From an uncultured Clostridium sp. (GTDB lineage Bacteria > Bacillota > Clostridia > TANB77 > CAG-508): 64,000 bases of DNA. The translations under genes were made by a program, and so were the position numbers. The stretch covers positions 519 through 64,518 of the forward strand of contig CAMUZZ010000002.1 of the NCBI GenBank assembly GCA_947165355.1. Reading direction: 5' to 3'. This document shows, in pieces, positions 46,596 to 56,391 of the stretch (position 1 is its first letter; every line of letters starts with the position of its first letter). The notes under the pieces are model-generated. The model did no database searches, had not been told where the DNA came from, and was given only the letters and a program-made list of their open reading frames with translations.

Positions 46596-47561
46596 TTATT
46601 TTAACCAATCTGGATTTGCTAAGTACCAATCTATTGTTTTTATAATTCCATCTTCGAATTTTGTTTTTGGTTCCCATCCTAATTCATTTTTAATTTTTGT
46701 AGGATCTATAGCATATCTGTAGTCATGTCCTTTTCTGTCTGTTACATGCTCTATTAATGATTCTGGTTTGTTAAGATGTTTTAATATTAATTTAACAATT
46801 TCTATGTTTCTCTTTTCGTTGTGTCCACCAATATTATATCTTTCACCAGCTTTTCCTTTGTGTAATACTAGGTCTATTGCCTCACAGTGATCCTCTACAT
46901 ATAGCCAATCTCTTATGTTTAATCCTTCACCATATACTGGAAGCTTTTCATCTTTTAAAGCTAATTTAATCATATGAGGAATTAATTTTTCATTATGTTG
47001 ATATGGACCATAGTTGTTTGAACAGTTTGTTACTGATACGTTCATTTTATATGTTTCTTTGTATGCAAGAGCTATTAAATCTGAACTTGCTTTAGAAGCT
47101 GAATATGGTGAGTTTGGCTTAATTGGAGATTTTTCTGTGAAATATCCTTCTTCTCCTAAAGTACCATATACTTCATCTGTAGAAATGTGTACAAATTTGT
47201 TTGCACTACCTTCTCCCCAGAATCTTTTAGCGGCCTCTAATAAAGTATGTGTTCCTATTACGTTTGTTTGTGTAAATATGAAAGGTGTTTTTATGCTGTT
47301 ATCAACATGTGATTCAGCTGCAAAATGTACAACTGCGTCTATGTTGTATTTTTCGTATGTTTCCATTACTTTGTCTAGATCACATATATCACCTTGAACA
47401 AATTCTATTTTGTCCATTATTTTCTTTAAGTTATCCATATTTCCTGCATACGTTAGTTTATCGAATACTACAATGTTATATTCTGGATGTTTGTTTACCA
47501 TAAATTCTGCAAAGTTACTTCCTATAAATCCTGCAGCTCCTGTTACTAATATGTTTTTCAT
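46596..47561 (-). CDS. rfbB: dTDP-glucose 4,6-dehydratase
   Basis: TGAAGFIGSNF, STDEVYG, YSASKASSD. Confidence 0.95.
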   Translation of the reverse strand: MKNILVTGAAGFIGSNFAEFMVNKHPEYNIVVFDKLTYAGNMDNLKKIMDKIEFVQGDICDLDKVMETYEKYNIDAVVHFAAESHVDNSIKTPFIFTQTNVIGTHTLLEAAKRFWGEGSANKFVHISTDEVYGTLGEEGYFTEKSPIKPNSPYSASKASSDLIALAYKETYKMNVSVTNCSNNYGPYQHNEKLIPHMIKLALKDEKLPVYGEGLNIRDWLYVEDHCEAIDLVLHKGKAGERYNIGGHNEKRNIEIVKLILKHLNKPESLIEHVTDRKGHDYRYAIDPTKIKNELGWEPKTKFEDGIIKTIDWYLANPDWLK

Positions 47562-47586
47562 AATAATTATTCCTTCTTTCTTTTTT

Positions 47587-48492
47587 TTATTTTCCTACAA
47601 TTATGGTCTGATTACCATCTTTTTCAATATAATTTTCCTTAACGCCTAACTGATTCATCCATTCTCTTGTTTCTACTGTCTTATGCGGACCAGTATTATA
47701 TCCTTGTCCTATATTGTTATCCCATAACCATTGTGGCGTTGGCCATAAACAATATGTTGGACTAATTTCTTTATATAAATCAAATGTTGCTCCATTTTGT
47801 CCATGATGCGACATCTGAACATAATCGCTCTTTAGTTCGTCTTTGCAATTTTTTAATAATTTTTCACTACTTTCTTTACCTGTGTCGCCTAGAAACAAAA
47901 CTGTTTGCTTATCAATAAAAAATTTGTATACCGTACTTGTATTATTTCCAAAATTTTCTGTTATATCATTTTCGTATACATTAATTACCTTCACTTTTAT
48001 TTTTTTTGATATTTCAAACTCTTGTCCAAATTCAGGATTTATTATACTGTCTTTATCTTTTTGTTTTTCTAATGCATCATGTAATGAATCATATTGATTA
48101 ATTCTATCTGATTCATATTGTTCAACCATGCTCCTTGGCACTTCACGGTACACAATTGTGTCAATATCTATATCTGTATTGTTTATAATATCTACCAAAG
48201 CACCAGTATGGTCTGCATGATAGTGAGTTATAAACCAATAATCCACTTTTCCACCATTGTTGTTGATGTATTCTTGTAAATTATTAGAGTCTGCAGTTGT
48301 ACCTCCATCTACTACAATATTTTTGCCTGTACTAGTTTTGATAAAATATCCCATCATTTGTATTGGAGAATTATCTTTTAGCTGAGTTAATTCGACATAC
48401 TCTTTATCAGTGTGTTTAAAAGTTACTAATATTACAACAATGAGTAGTGTACTTGCTATACATGCTCTATAATATACGCTTTTGCTTTTCAT
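47587..48492 (-). CDS. Membrane-anchored/exported metallo-beta-lactamase-fold protein
   Basis: N-terminal TM and an HYHADHTG (HxHxDH) motif. Confidence 0.7.
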   Translation of the reverse strand: MKSKSVYYRACIASTLLIVVILVTFKHTDKEYVELTQLKDNSPIQMMGYFIKTSTGKNIVVDGGTTADSNNLQEYINNNGGKVDYWFITHYHADHTGALVDIINNTDIDIDTIVYREVPRSMVEQYESDRINQYDSLHDALEKQKDKDSIINPEFGQEFEISKKIKVKVINVYENDITENFGNNTSTVYKFFIDKQTVLFLGDTGKESSEKLLKNCKDELKSDYVQMSHHGQNGATFDLYKEISPTYCLWPTPQWLWDNNIGQGYNTGPHKTVETREWMNQLGVKENYIEKDGNQTIIVGK

Positions 48493-48511
48493 TGTTTTTT
48501 TTCCTCAATGA

Positions 48512-49090
48512 CTATATATTTTTAAATAAATCTGTTTCTTTTAATTCTTTTAATGATGGCCATAACGCATCTTTTTCTGATGTTAATAAATCTTCTGGTT
48601 TTAAATCTCCCATAGGCCAATTTATTGCTACATCTGGATCATTCCATTTTAATCCACCTTCAGCACTGTGATTATAAACATCGTCGCATTTATAAGCAAA
48701 TTCAGCTTCATCTGATAGTACTAAAAATCCATGTGCAAATCCCTTTGGAATCATAAACATTTTTTTGTTTTCTTCAGTTAGTATTACACCTTCCCATTTA
48801 CCATAAGTACTGCTTCCTGGTCTTAGGTCTACTGCAACATCAAAAACCTCTCCTTTAATGCATCTAACAAGCTTAGCTTGTGTATTTTCTTTTTGAAAAT
48901 GTAATCCTCTTAAAACACCTTTTTTAGATTTTGATTGGTTATCTTGTACAAAATCGTAATTTAATCCAATTTCTTCAAAATCTGCTTTACTATATGTTTC
49001 CATGAAATAACCTCTGTTATCTCCAAAAACTGTTGGTTCTACTATACATACACCTTCAATTGATGTGTCGGTTCTTTTAAATTTTCCCAT
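48512..49090 (-). CDS. rfbC: dTDP-4-dehydrorhamnose 3,5-epimerase
   Basis: DNRGYFMETY, RGLHFQ, PKGFAHGF. Start at MGKFKRTD (49090). Confidence 0.9.
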   Translation of the reverse strand: MGKFKRTDTSIEGVCIVEPTVFGDNRGYFMETYSKADFEEIGLNYDFVQDNQSKSKKGVLRGLHFQKENTQAKLVRCIKGEVFDVAVDLRPGSSTYGKWEGVILTEENKKMFMIPKGFAHGFLVLSDEAEFAYKCDDVYNHSAEGGLKWNDPDVAINWPMGDLKPEDLLTSEKDALWPSLKELKETDLFKNI

Positions 49091-49233
49091 GAATACTATC
49101 TCCTTAAAAAATATATTTTTGCAATTATATATTGCATCGATTGTGAGTATTTTATAACATAATTCAATATTTATCAATGGCTATTTTGTAAAATATGCAT
49201 GAAATATAAAAGAAACCTTGCTTAGGTTTCTTT

Positions 49234-50265
49234 TTATGTTATTGATCTTATAAAATACTCTAAACTATTTCCATCTGAAACTCTTACTCTTGGAAGTTTG
49301 TATTTATCGTCACCTGCTTTAACGCGTCCTCCTTCAACAGTAAAAGCCATAATAAATGGAGAATCTTTTAATGCGCTTATTGCTGTGTCGTTGTAGTGTC
49401 CAAAAGGATAGCAGAATATATTTGCATTACCAAGCATCTCTGATGATTTATTTAAATCTTCTAATATTTGGTCATGTGTCCAATTTACCATTCTTCCTTT
49501 TCCATTAGCACCTGCTTGATGCATGTTTACTGAATGAGATTCCCAAATAACACACTCCATTGTTGGGTCATATATGTCTGGATACATATCTAGTATTACG
49601 AAAGATGTTGCTGGAACATGATACTTTTGAAGCATTGGAACAGCAAACATAAAAAACGTTGGATTTCCATCATCTACTGTAAGAACAACACTTTTTGATG
49701 GTAGTTTTATTTTACCATCTACAAAGTCATTAACCTCTTCCCACGTTGGAAAATAAAAATCGTTCTCTGTCATATATTTTAATTGTTTTTCAAACATATT
49801 TATGTCTAAACAGTTATTGTCCATTTTGTCTTGTATATCATCATAGAAAAAATGATACATAAGAACTGGTAAACCATTTGTAAGCTCTTCTCTAACAATT
49901 ACCTTTTGAGTTTTTTCGGTTTTATTTCCAGCATTATCTGTTACGTACACTGTAACCTCGTACTCGCCTGCTTTTGAGGTATCAATTTCAGAATGTTGTA
50001 TTTTTGATGTTATATCTCCATCAATATCATCAGTTGCAGTTGCTTTAACTTTGTATTCTTCTCCAATTGCAATTATAGTTTTTTCATCTGAAAGAGTTAA
50101 CTCTGGGGCTACAGTATCTGAAACCTTGTTTTTTTCACCAACTAGAGTATTTTCCTCCTTGTTATTGAATTTCTTTGATATAAAAATTACAGCTACTACA
50201 ACAAGAGCTATAAATAATAAAAAAAATATTGGATTTTTTTGCTTTTTGCCATATCTCTTACTCAT
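49234..50265 (-). CDS. Polysaccharide deacetylase (NodB) with N-terminal TM and Ig-like domain
   Basis: LTVDDG NodB motif and an upstream DDIDGDITSKI Ig-like segment. Confidence 0.75.
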   Translation of the reverse strand: MSKRYGKKQKNPIFFLLFIALVVVAVIFISKKFNNKEENTLVGEKNKVSDTVAPELTLSDEKTIIAIGEEYKVKATATDDIDGDITSKIQHSEIDTSKAGEYEVTVYVTDNAGNKTEKTQKVIVREELTNGLPVLMYHFFYDDIQDKMDNNCLDINMFEKQLKYMTENDFYFPTWEEVNDFVDGKIKLPSKSVVLTVDDGNPTFFMFAVPMLQKYHVPATSFVILDMYPDIYDPTMECVIWESHSVNMHQAGANGKGRMVNWTHDQILEDLNKSSEMLGNANIFCYPFGHYNDTAISALKDSPFIMAFTVEGGRVKAGDDKYKLPRVRVSDGNSLEYFIRSIT

Positions 50266-50350
50266 TATTTTTCCCCCTTACTAAACTTTATTTATTTTAT
50301 CCAAAATGCTTATTTTAGTCAATATAAAACTAAATATATGCAGCGGCAAT

Positions 50351-50379
50351 TTGATAAAATTTACATAATGTGGTATAAT
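50351..50379 (+). promoter_or_regulatory. Sigma-A-type promoter of cassette D
   Basis: TTGATA, 17 nt, TGGTATAAT. Confidence 0.5.
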
Positions 50380-50457
50380 ATATTTACTGTTAGCAAATGG
50401 CTACAGTCGCTCTTCGGAGTGTAAACAAACCTACCACAATTAAGGGAGGAAACACAA

Positions 50458-50877
50458 ATGAAAAAGGCATTTCTGTTAGGTTTTGGCGTAATCGTTACCC
50501 TTCTGGGAACGATAGGATTTCTTCTTCTGCCGGTGTTTATACACTTGGTAGTTACAAAGTGCTTCGTCGACATGAGTGCTGGTACGAAATTAATTCTTTT
50601 CTGCATTGCAATTGAAGGATGTTTTGTACAAGCCGGTATACTCGAGTATTTATCCAAAAAAGAATACGGAGGAAGTCCTTGGGTGATACTGAGAGTATCG
50701 CTGATTCCCCTAGCTATAATAATATTTGCCACTATAGTAGCGTGGCCTGCAGTATTATTAGAGCACCTGGGATTCGGTAGCACGGCACAATATCTTGGCA
50801 CATTCATATGGCTTGTGGTTTTTATTTTTATTTTGATTGCAGTCGCAGTTTACGAACCCAAAACAGAAAAGCACTAA
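50458..50877 (+). CDS. GC-enriched 4-TM membrane protein D (139 aa), unknown family
   Basis: SD AAGGGAGGA. It is the only plus-strand gene inside the minus-strand polysaccharide locus. Composition is visibly higher in GC. The antisense track ORF at 50361-50807 is a shadow. Confidence 0.55.
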   Translation: MKKAFLLGFGVIVTLLGTIGFLLLPVFIHLVVTKCFVDMSAGTKLILFCIAIEGCFVQAGILEYLSKKEYGGSPWVILRVSLIPLAIIIFATIVAWPAVLLEHLGFGSTAQYLGTFIWLVVFIFILIAVAVYEPKTEKH

Positions 50878-50888
50878 AACACAAAAAA

Positions 50889-50918
50889 AGGAGTAGTGAA
50901 TTCTACTCCTCTTTTCTT
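50889..50918. terminator. Bidirectional terminator (cassette D / rfbA)
   Basis: AGGAGTAG-TGAATT-CTACTCCT, flanked by an A-run and a T-run. Confidence 0.7.
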
Positions 50919-50930
50919 TGTTTACTTATT

Positions 50931-51821
50931 TTACTCTTGACCAAATTTATTTTGAGATAAATCTTTTAAGTATTTTCCATAATCTGTTTTCATATATCTA
51001 TCTGCTAAATGAGATAATTGATCAGCTGATATCCATCCGTTTTTGTATGCAATTTCTTCTGGACAGCTTATTTGTAATCCTTGTCTTTTTTGTACAGTTT
51101 GTACGAAACTTACAGTTTCTTGAAGGGCATCATGTGTTCCTGTATCGAACCATGTCATTCCTCTTCCTAATTTTTCAACTTTTAATTTATTCTTTTTCAT
51201 ATACTCTTCATTAACTGTTGTTATTTCAAGCTCTCCTCTTGCAGATGGTTTAACATTTTTTGCAATTTGAACAACATCATTAGTATAGAAATATAATCCT
51301 GGTACCGCATAATTTGATTTAGGATTTGCTGGTTTTTCTTCTATTGATACAGCTTTACCATCATCTGCAATTTCAACAACTCCATAAGCTTTTGGATCTT
51401 TTACATAATATCCAAATATTGTAGATTCATCTTCTCTTGCCATTGCCTCTTTAAGCTTTTCTGTTAAATGCTCACCATAGAACATATTGTCGCCTAAAAT
51501 CATGGCAACATTATCATCACCAATAAATTTTTCACCTATTATAAATGCTTCAGCTAATCCATTTGGTTTATCTTGTATAGCATATTCAAAATGCATTCCC
51601 CATTGAGATCCATCACCTAATAGTTCTTTAAATGCTGCGTTATCTCTTGGTGTTGTAATTATTAATACTTCTTTTATACCAGCATTCATTAAAACAGAAA
51701 TTGGATAATAAATCATTGGTTTATCATATACTGGCATTAATTGTTTTGATACTGCTATGGTTAGCGGATATAATCTAGTTCCACTACCTCCTGCTAAAAC
51801 TATTCCTTTTCTATTCTTCAT
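50931..51821 (-). CDS. rfbA: Glucose-1-phosphate thymidylyltransferase
   Basis: [16 protein letters not shown]. Start at MKNRKG (51821). Confidence 0.95.
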   Translation of the reverse strand: MKNRKGIVLAGGSGTRLYPLTIAVSKQLMPVYDKPMIYYPISVLMNAGIKEVLIITTPRDNAAFKELLGDGSQWGMHFEYAIQDKPNGLAEAFIIGEKFIGDDNVAMILGDNMFYGEHLTEKLKEAMAREDESTIFGYYVKDPKAYGVVEIADDGKAVSIEEKPANPKSNYAVPGLYFYTNDVVQIAKNVKPSARGELEITTVNEEYMKKNKLKVEKLGRGMTWFDTGTHDALQETVSFVQTVQKRQGLQISCPEEIAYKNGWISADQLSHLADRYMKTDYGKYLKDLSQNKFGQE

Positions 51822-51935
51822 AATATACTTCCTTTCCGTATTTATATTATATTTTAGGTTAATTTTTTTAACATCAGATACAAATATTATACTACTTTTC
51901 ATGTTTTATGTCAACTTTAGTAAGTTTTATTTAAA

Positions 51936-52796
51936 TTATTTACTTAGTTCTACCTTTAAATATCTGTCTAAAGCATCTTCCCAGGTTGGAACTTCAATTC
52001 CAGCTGCGTTTAGTTTTGCTTTTGATAATTGAGAATTTTCTGGTCTTTTGGCTTGAACTACGTTCATCATTTTAATATATTCCTCTGTTGTAACAGGATT
52101 TACTTTGCAAGTAATTCCTGCTTTTTGGAATATAGTTTTTGTAAAGTCATACCATGTTGTGAATCCTTCATTTGTTGTGTGATATACCCCGTATGGTATT
52201 TTCTTTTCAATAGCTTGTTTTATAATTTCAGCTAAATCTTCAGCATATGTTGGGCTTCCATGTTGATCTGCTACAACACTTATTTCGTCCTTTGTAGATC
52301 CTAATTTAAGCATTGTTCTAACAAAGTTGTTTCCTTCTCCATATAACCAAGCTGTTCTGAAAATATAGTATTCTTTAGTATTTTCTTCAATTGCTTGCTC
52401 TCCTAATAATTTTGTTCTTCCATACTCTGTAACTGGCGCCTTTGGATCATCTTCATTATGAGCTTTATCTATTGATAAGTTTCCTCCGAATACGTAATCT
52501 GTGCTTATATGTACAAGTTTTGCTCCTACCTTATTTGCTGCTATTGCTAGGTTTCTAGGTCCATCTGCATTTATTTTTTCTACTATGGGTCCAGCTGTTT
52601 CTGCTTTATCAACAGCTGTATATGCAGCACAGTTTATTATATATTCTGGTTTGTTTTCTTCTACAAATTTAATTACTGCTTCTTTATCTGTTATATCTAA
52701 ATCTGCAACATCCGTTAAAATCAATTCTTCGTTTGCAAGCTTTGATTTAACTGAATTTGCAAGCATTCCATTTGCTCCTGTTATTAATATTTTCAT
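51936..52796 (-). CDS. rfbD: dTDP-4-dehydrorhamnose reductase
   Basis: MKILITGANGMLA, STDYVF, YGRTK. Confidence 0.9.
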   Translation of the reverse strand: MKILITGANGMLANSVKSKLANEELILTDVADLDITDKEAVIKFVEENKPEYIINCAAYTAVDKAETAGPIVEKINADGPRNLAIAANKVGAKLVHISTDYVFGGNLSIDKAHNEDDPKAPVTEYGRTKLLGEQAIEENTKEYYIFRTAWLYGEGNNFVRTMLKLGSTKDEISVVADQHGSPTYAEDLAEIIKQAIEKKIPYGVYHTTNEGFTTWYDFTKTIFQKAGITCKVNPVTTEEYIKMMNVVQAKRPENSQLSKAKLNAAGIEVPTWEDALDRYLKVELSK

Positions 52797-52885
52797 AAGC
52801 CTAAAACCTTCTTTCATTATTAATATGCGATTATAATATCACTAAAATAGGAAAAGTACAAGTGTTAGCTTGTACTTTTCTTATT

Positions 52886-53575
52886 TTAGTGCTTTTTAAA
52901 TGATTTTATATAACTTTCACCTGTTACAGTATTTTGCACTGTAGACATTGTGTATTTTCCCATATATTCCTCTTGTCCTGATGCATATTCTTTGTATAAA
53001 TCAAATTCCGTGTATGATGTACCAGCAGCGGAATCTCTGCTTATGTTTTCAGTCATATATACATATCCAGCTTTTTTAGGAGAAATTTTATACATACCAT
53101 TATCGTATTTCATACCGTCTATAGATTTGTTTTCGTTTAATTCTGTTCCGAACATAGTGTAAACTATATTATTAACTTGCTCTTTTGATATCTCGTTTTT
53201 TTCTTTTACACTATCTATTTTGATGTATCCATTACAAATTGCGTTGTACACTACTTCTAAATACTGATCTGTAGTTAGATTTTTTCCATTTTCAAAATTA
53301 TTTAGTATTGCGGCTGCATATATTTGGTTTTCCGTGCTAATTTCTACTCGAACTATGTCTGCTGGCTTTTCTTTATCGTTTTCTGTTTTTTCTTCTGTTT
53401 GGCCTTTTGGCTGTTCTACTTGCTGGTCTGTTTCATTTGCTTGTTCAGCCGTTTGTACTGCCTCATTTTCATCGGTTTGTTCTTGATTCTTTTTTGGGAT
53501 TGAATAACCAATCCCTATAGCAATTAAAACTATAATTATCAAAACAATAACTTTTTTAATATTTAGTTCTTTCAT
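52886..53575 (-). CDS. Membrane-anchored hypothetical protein
   Basis: N-terminal TM, a Q/E-rich linker, and a globular C-terminus. Confidence 0.45.
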   Translation of the reverse strand: MKELNIKKVIVLIIIVLIAIGIGYSIPKKNQEQTDENEAVQTAEQANETDQQVEQPKGQTEEKTENDKEKPADIVRVEISTENQIYAAAILNNFENGKNLTTDQYLEVVYNAICNGYIKIDSVKEKNEISKEQVNNIVYTMFGTELNENKSIDGMKYDNGMYKISPKKAGYVYMTENISRDSAAGTSYTEFDLYKEYASGQEEYMGKYTMSTVQNTVTGESYIKSFKKH

Positions 53576-53599
53576 ATAACCTCCACACCTTATAAAAAG

Positions 53600-56321
53600 C
53601 TATCTATACAGATAATTCATGTCAACATTTCCTTTAATTCCATTAACACTACCTGTTGAAGTATATTGCCACATTTTATAAGGTTTAGTATAACTACATC
53701 TGCTACTCCATTGAGCTACCCATTTGTCGTATGCGTCCAGTTTGCTATCATTTAAGCTTGTTACCATCCAATAGTAACTTGCATATATTCCAACGTCATA
53801 TCCGTTTGCTTTTATTGTGTCACAAAAAGTTTTACATATATTAACTAACATAGCATCTGAAGGCATTCCCTTTCTTTCTTTATATCCATCAGCATCTTCC
53901 ATATCAAACCAAACTCCCAATGGTACTCTATGTCCTCTTATTAATCTTAAAACATGGTTTGCCTCTGAAATAGCACCTGCTTCATTTAATGCATACGAAT
54001 ATAAATATACTCCATAGTCAATACCTAATCTTTCACATTCATTCATATTTCTTACAAAACGAGAATCATCTTGCTCAGGTAAATTTTCACCATATCCACA
54101 CCTTAGTATTGCAAAATCAATTCCTGAATTCTTAACAGTATTCCAATCAATATTTCCTTGGTGGTTAGATACATCTATACCTTTTAATTGTTTTTTTGTT
54201 GGAATATTAATACTAAAAATTTGAGCATCTGTACCATTTGATTCATATACCCCTACGTTAGTTCCATTCGCTGAATTAGCGCCATCCACATCTAAATATA
54301 AACCATTTTTTCTAGACACTATACTATATTTATTATTCTCAACTTCTATAATCGACCATTGTTGTGAAACACTCTCATTCCAATCATATTGAACTACATT
54401 TCTTTCATTTGAATCTAATGTCAACACCTTGTTAGAATGCAATGCTTCAATTTTATAATAACCATCCTTTAAATAACTAATTCTAAATTTTTGTTGGTTA
54501 ACGTCGTCTTTAGACCATATTTGTAAATTAGCGCTATTTGACATTCCTCCACCTGATATGTCTAAAACCATATTACTTTTTATTTTGGTTTCTATTTGAT
54601 AAGTTCCTTCATCAATAGCTCTTTTACTTGTTTTTTCAAGAATAAACTGTTGCGCTAATGTTCCATTTCCTTTATATGTTTGCAAGCGCGTACCAACTTC
54701 TGTGTTTCCACCACATAAATCAGCATATAAATTATTGCATTTTGAAATAAAACTATACTTATTATTTCCTAAGTCTTTTATTATCCATTTTTGCGCATCA
54801 GTTCCATTGCTATCGTACTGCTGTATTCCAACTTCCATGTCTAATGATGCACCAGGAATATCTAAACTTCTTCCGGAATGTACTAGCTTAATGCTATAAT
54901 AACCGTTATCTAAGTATTTTATATCAAATTTTTGACAATTTGCGTCTGTATCATTACACACTACTATCTGTGCAGAGTTTTCTTTTTTTCCATTAGCTGC
55001 ACCTAATACTTTTGATGTATCTTTTGCCGATTTAATTTTATATATTCCATCATCTATTGATTTTTGACCTTTCTCATTTTCCACACTTTCAAACGTAAAA
55101 TGTTGTGCTAATGTTCCATTCATACCATACATCTGAACTTGAGTTCCGATTATTGTCTCTTCCTCCAGGTATATCCCAACATAAATCATTGCATTTCGAT
55201 ATTACTGTATATCTGTTTTCTTCAACTTCCCTTATTATCCATTTTTGTGCATCAGTACCATTTGAACTATATTGTTGTATTTTTATTTCCATATCTCTGC
55301 TTGCACCTGGCACATCTATTGATTTATTAGATTTTACTGATTTAATTTCATAATATCCATTATTTAAATACTTTACATTAAATACTAAATTTGAATCTTC
55401 AGTATAATCTTTAACAACAATTTTTGCTCCATCTTTTTTAGATTCGTTCTCTAATCCTAAATACTTATTGCTGTTTATTCCTAAACTAATTTTATAATCC
55501 CCATCTTCAATTGTCTTTGTTCCTTGCTGATGAATTACTTTTTCAAAAACAAATTGTTGCGCAACGGTTCCATTTCCATAATACATCTGTATCTTAGTTC
55601 CAACTTCTGTTGATGCACCTGGTAAGTCCCAATATAAATTATTACACTTTGATATTAAGCTATATGAACCATTGTCATTTGGGGTTATTTTCCATTTTTG
55701 AGCATCTGTTCCATTGGATTCATACTGATGTAGTTTTGTTTCTATGTTGTGACTTGCTCCTGGAACATCGATTACTTTAGATGAATTAATTGCTGTAATT
55801 GTGTAGCATCCATCATCGCAGGATTTTATTCTGAATATATAATTTGACTCATTTGTATAATTTTGCAAAACAATTTTTGCTTCATTGTTGTTTGAATTAT
55901 TTTCTATGCATAAATACCTTTTATCATTTTTTTGAGACTTTATTCTATATTCCCCATCTTCTAAAACTTTTTCGTATTCTTCTGTACTCTCTATATTAGA
56001 TTTATATAGTTTCGCCGTATTTTTCTTAACAATTAGTTCTTCTTTATTTTCACTGCTTTCTTCTGGTTCTTCAGATTTTTTTTTCTGAATATTGTTTTCT
56101 GATTTTTCTTCTTGTTTTTTTATTTCTTGCTCATCAACTTTAGCGTCCTCTAATGTATTCTTTTCATTTTTATCTTCATGTTCTACACAATTCAATATAT
56201 CTGTCGACTCAACTTTTATACTATTGTCACTTATTGATTCTTCTGCAAAAACAAAAATCGGATTTAAACATAAAATTGTTATCAAAGCAACAAAAACTAG
56301 TATTTTATTTGTTCTTTTCAT
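53600..56321 (-). pseudogene. Secreted multi-ricin-lectin (beta-trefoil, QxW) GH25 muramidase, interrupted by a 1-nt frameshift near 55160-55168
   Basis: Track ORFs 55089-56321 and 53600-55189 overlap in different frames. Deleting one G in CCTGGAGGAAGAG restores DIPGEETIIGTQVQMYGMNGTLAQHF, colinear with the sister repeat DLPGASTEVGTKIQMYYGNGTVAQQF. The signal peptide is at 56321. The GH25 domain (GIDVSNHQG...WQYTS) is at the C-terminus. Confidence 0.65.
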
Positions 56322-56391
56322 TACAAAATATCTCCTTCTTCATTGCTACAAATTTATTGTATATTTATTTTTTTATTTTGACAATGGTAAT

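Noticed and set aside
10307-50379. An apparent shared promoter motif (ACATAAnnTGnTAnAAT) among the GC-enriched cassettes, considered as a possible dedicated regulon signal
   Set aside because: The pheS and proS leaders and the 23733 gene have the same TTGACx-17-TGnTATAAT architecture. This is simply the strong sigma-A extended -10 consensus of this organism, not a cassette-specific signal.
50361-50807. 148-aa minus-strand ORF (Arg/Pro/Cys-rich), and the 72-aa ORF at 50397-50615
   Set aside because: These are shadow ORFs produced by the locally higher GC of cassette D. The plus-strand ORF has the SD, promoter, terminator and a coherent 4-TM profile.
50458-50877. SalI (GTCGAC), XhoI (CTCGAG) and PstI (CTGCAG) sites clustered in cassette D, considered as a sign of cloning or engineering
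   Set aside because: Three GC-containing hexamers in 420 bp of ~40% GC DNA fall within chance expectation. None lies at the cassette boundaries.
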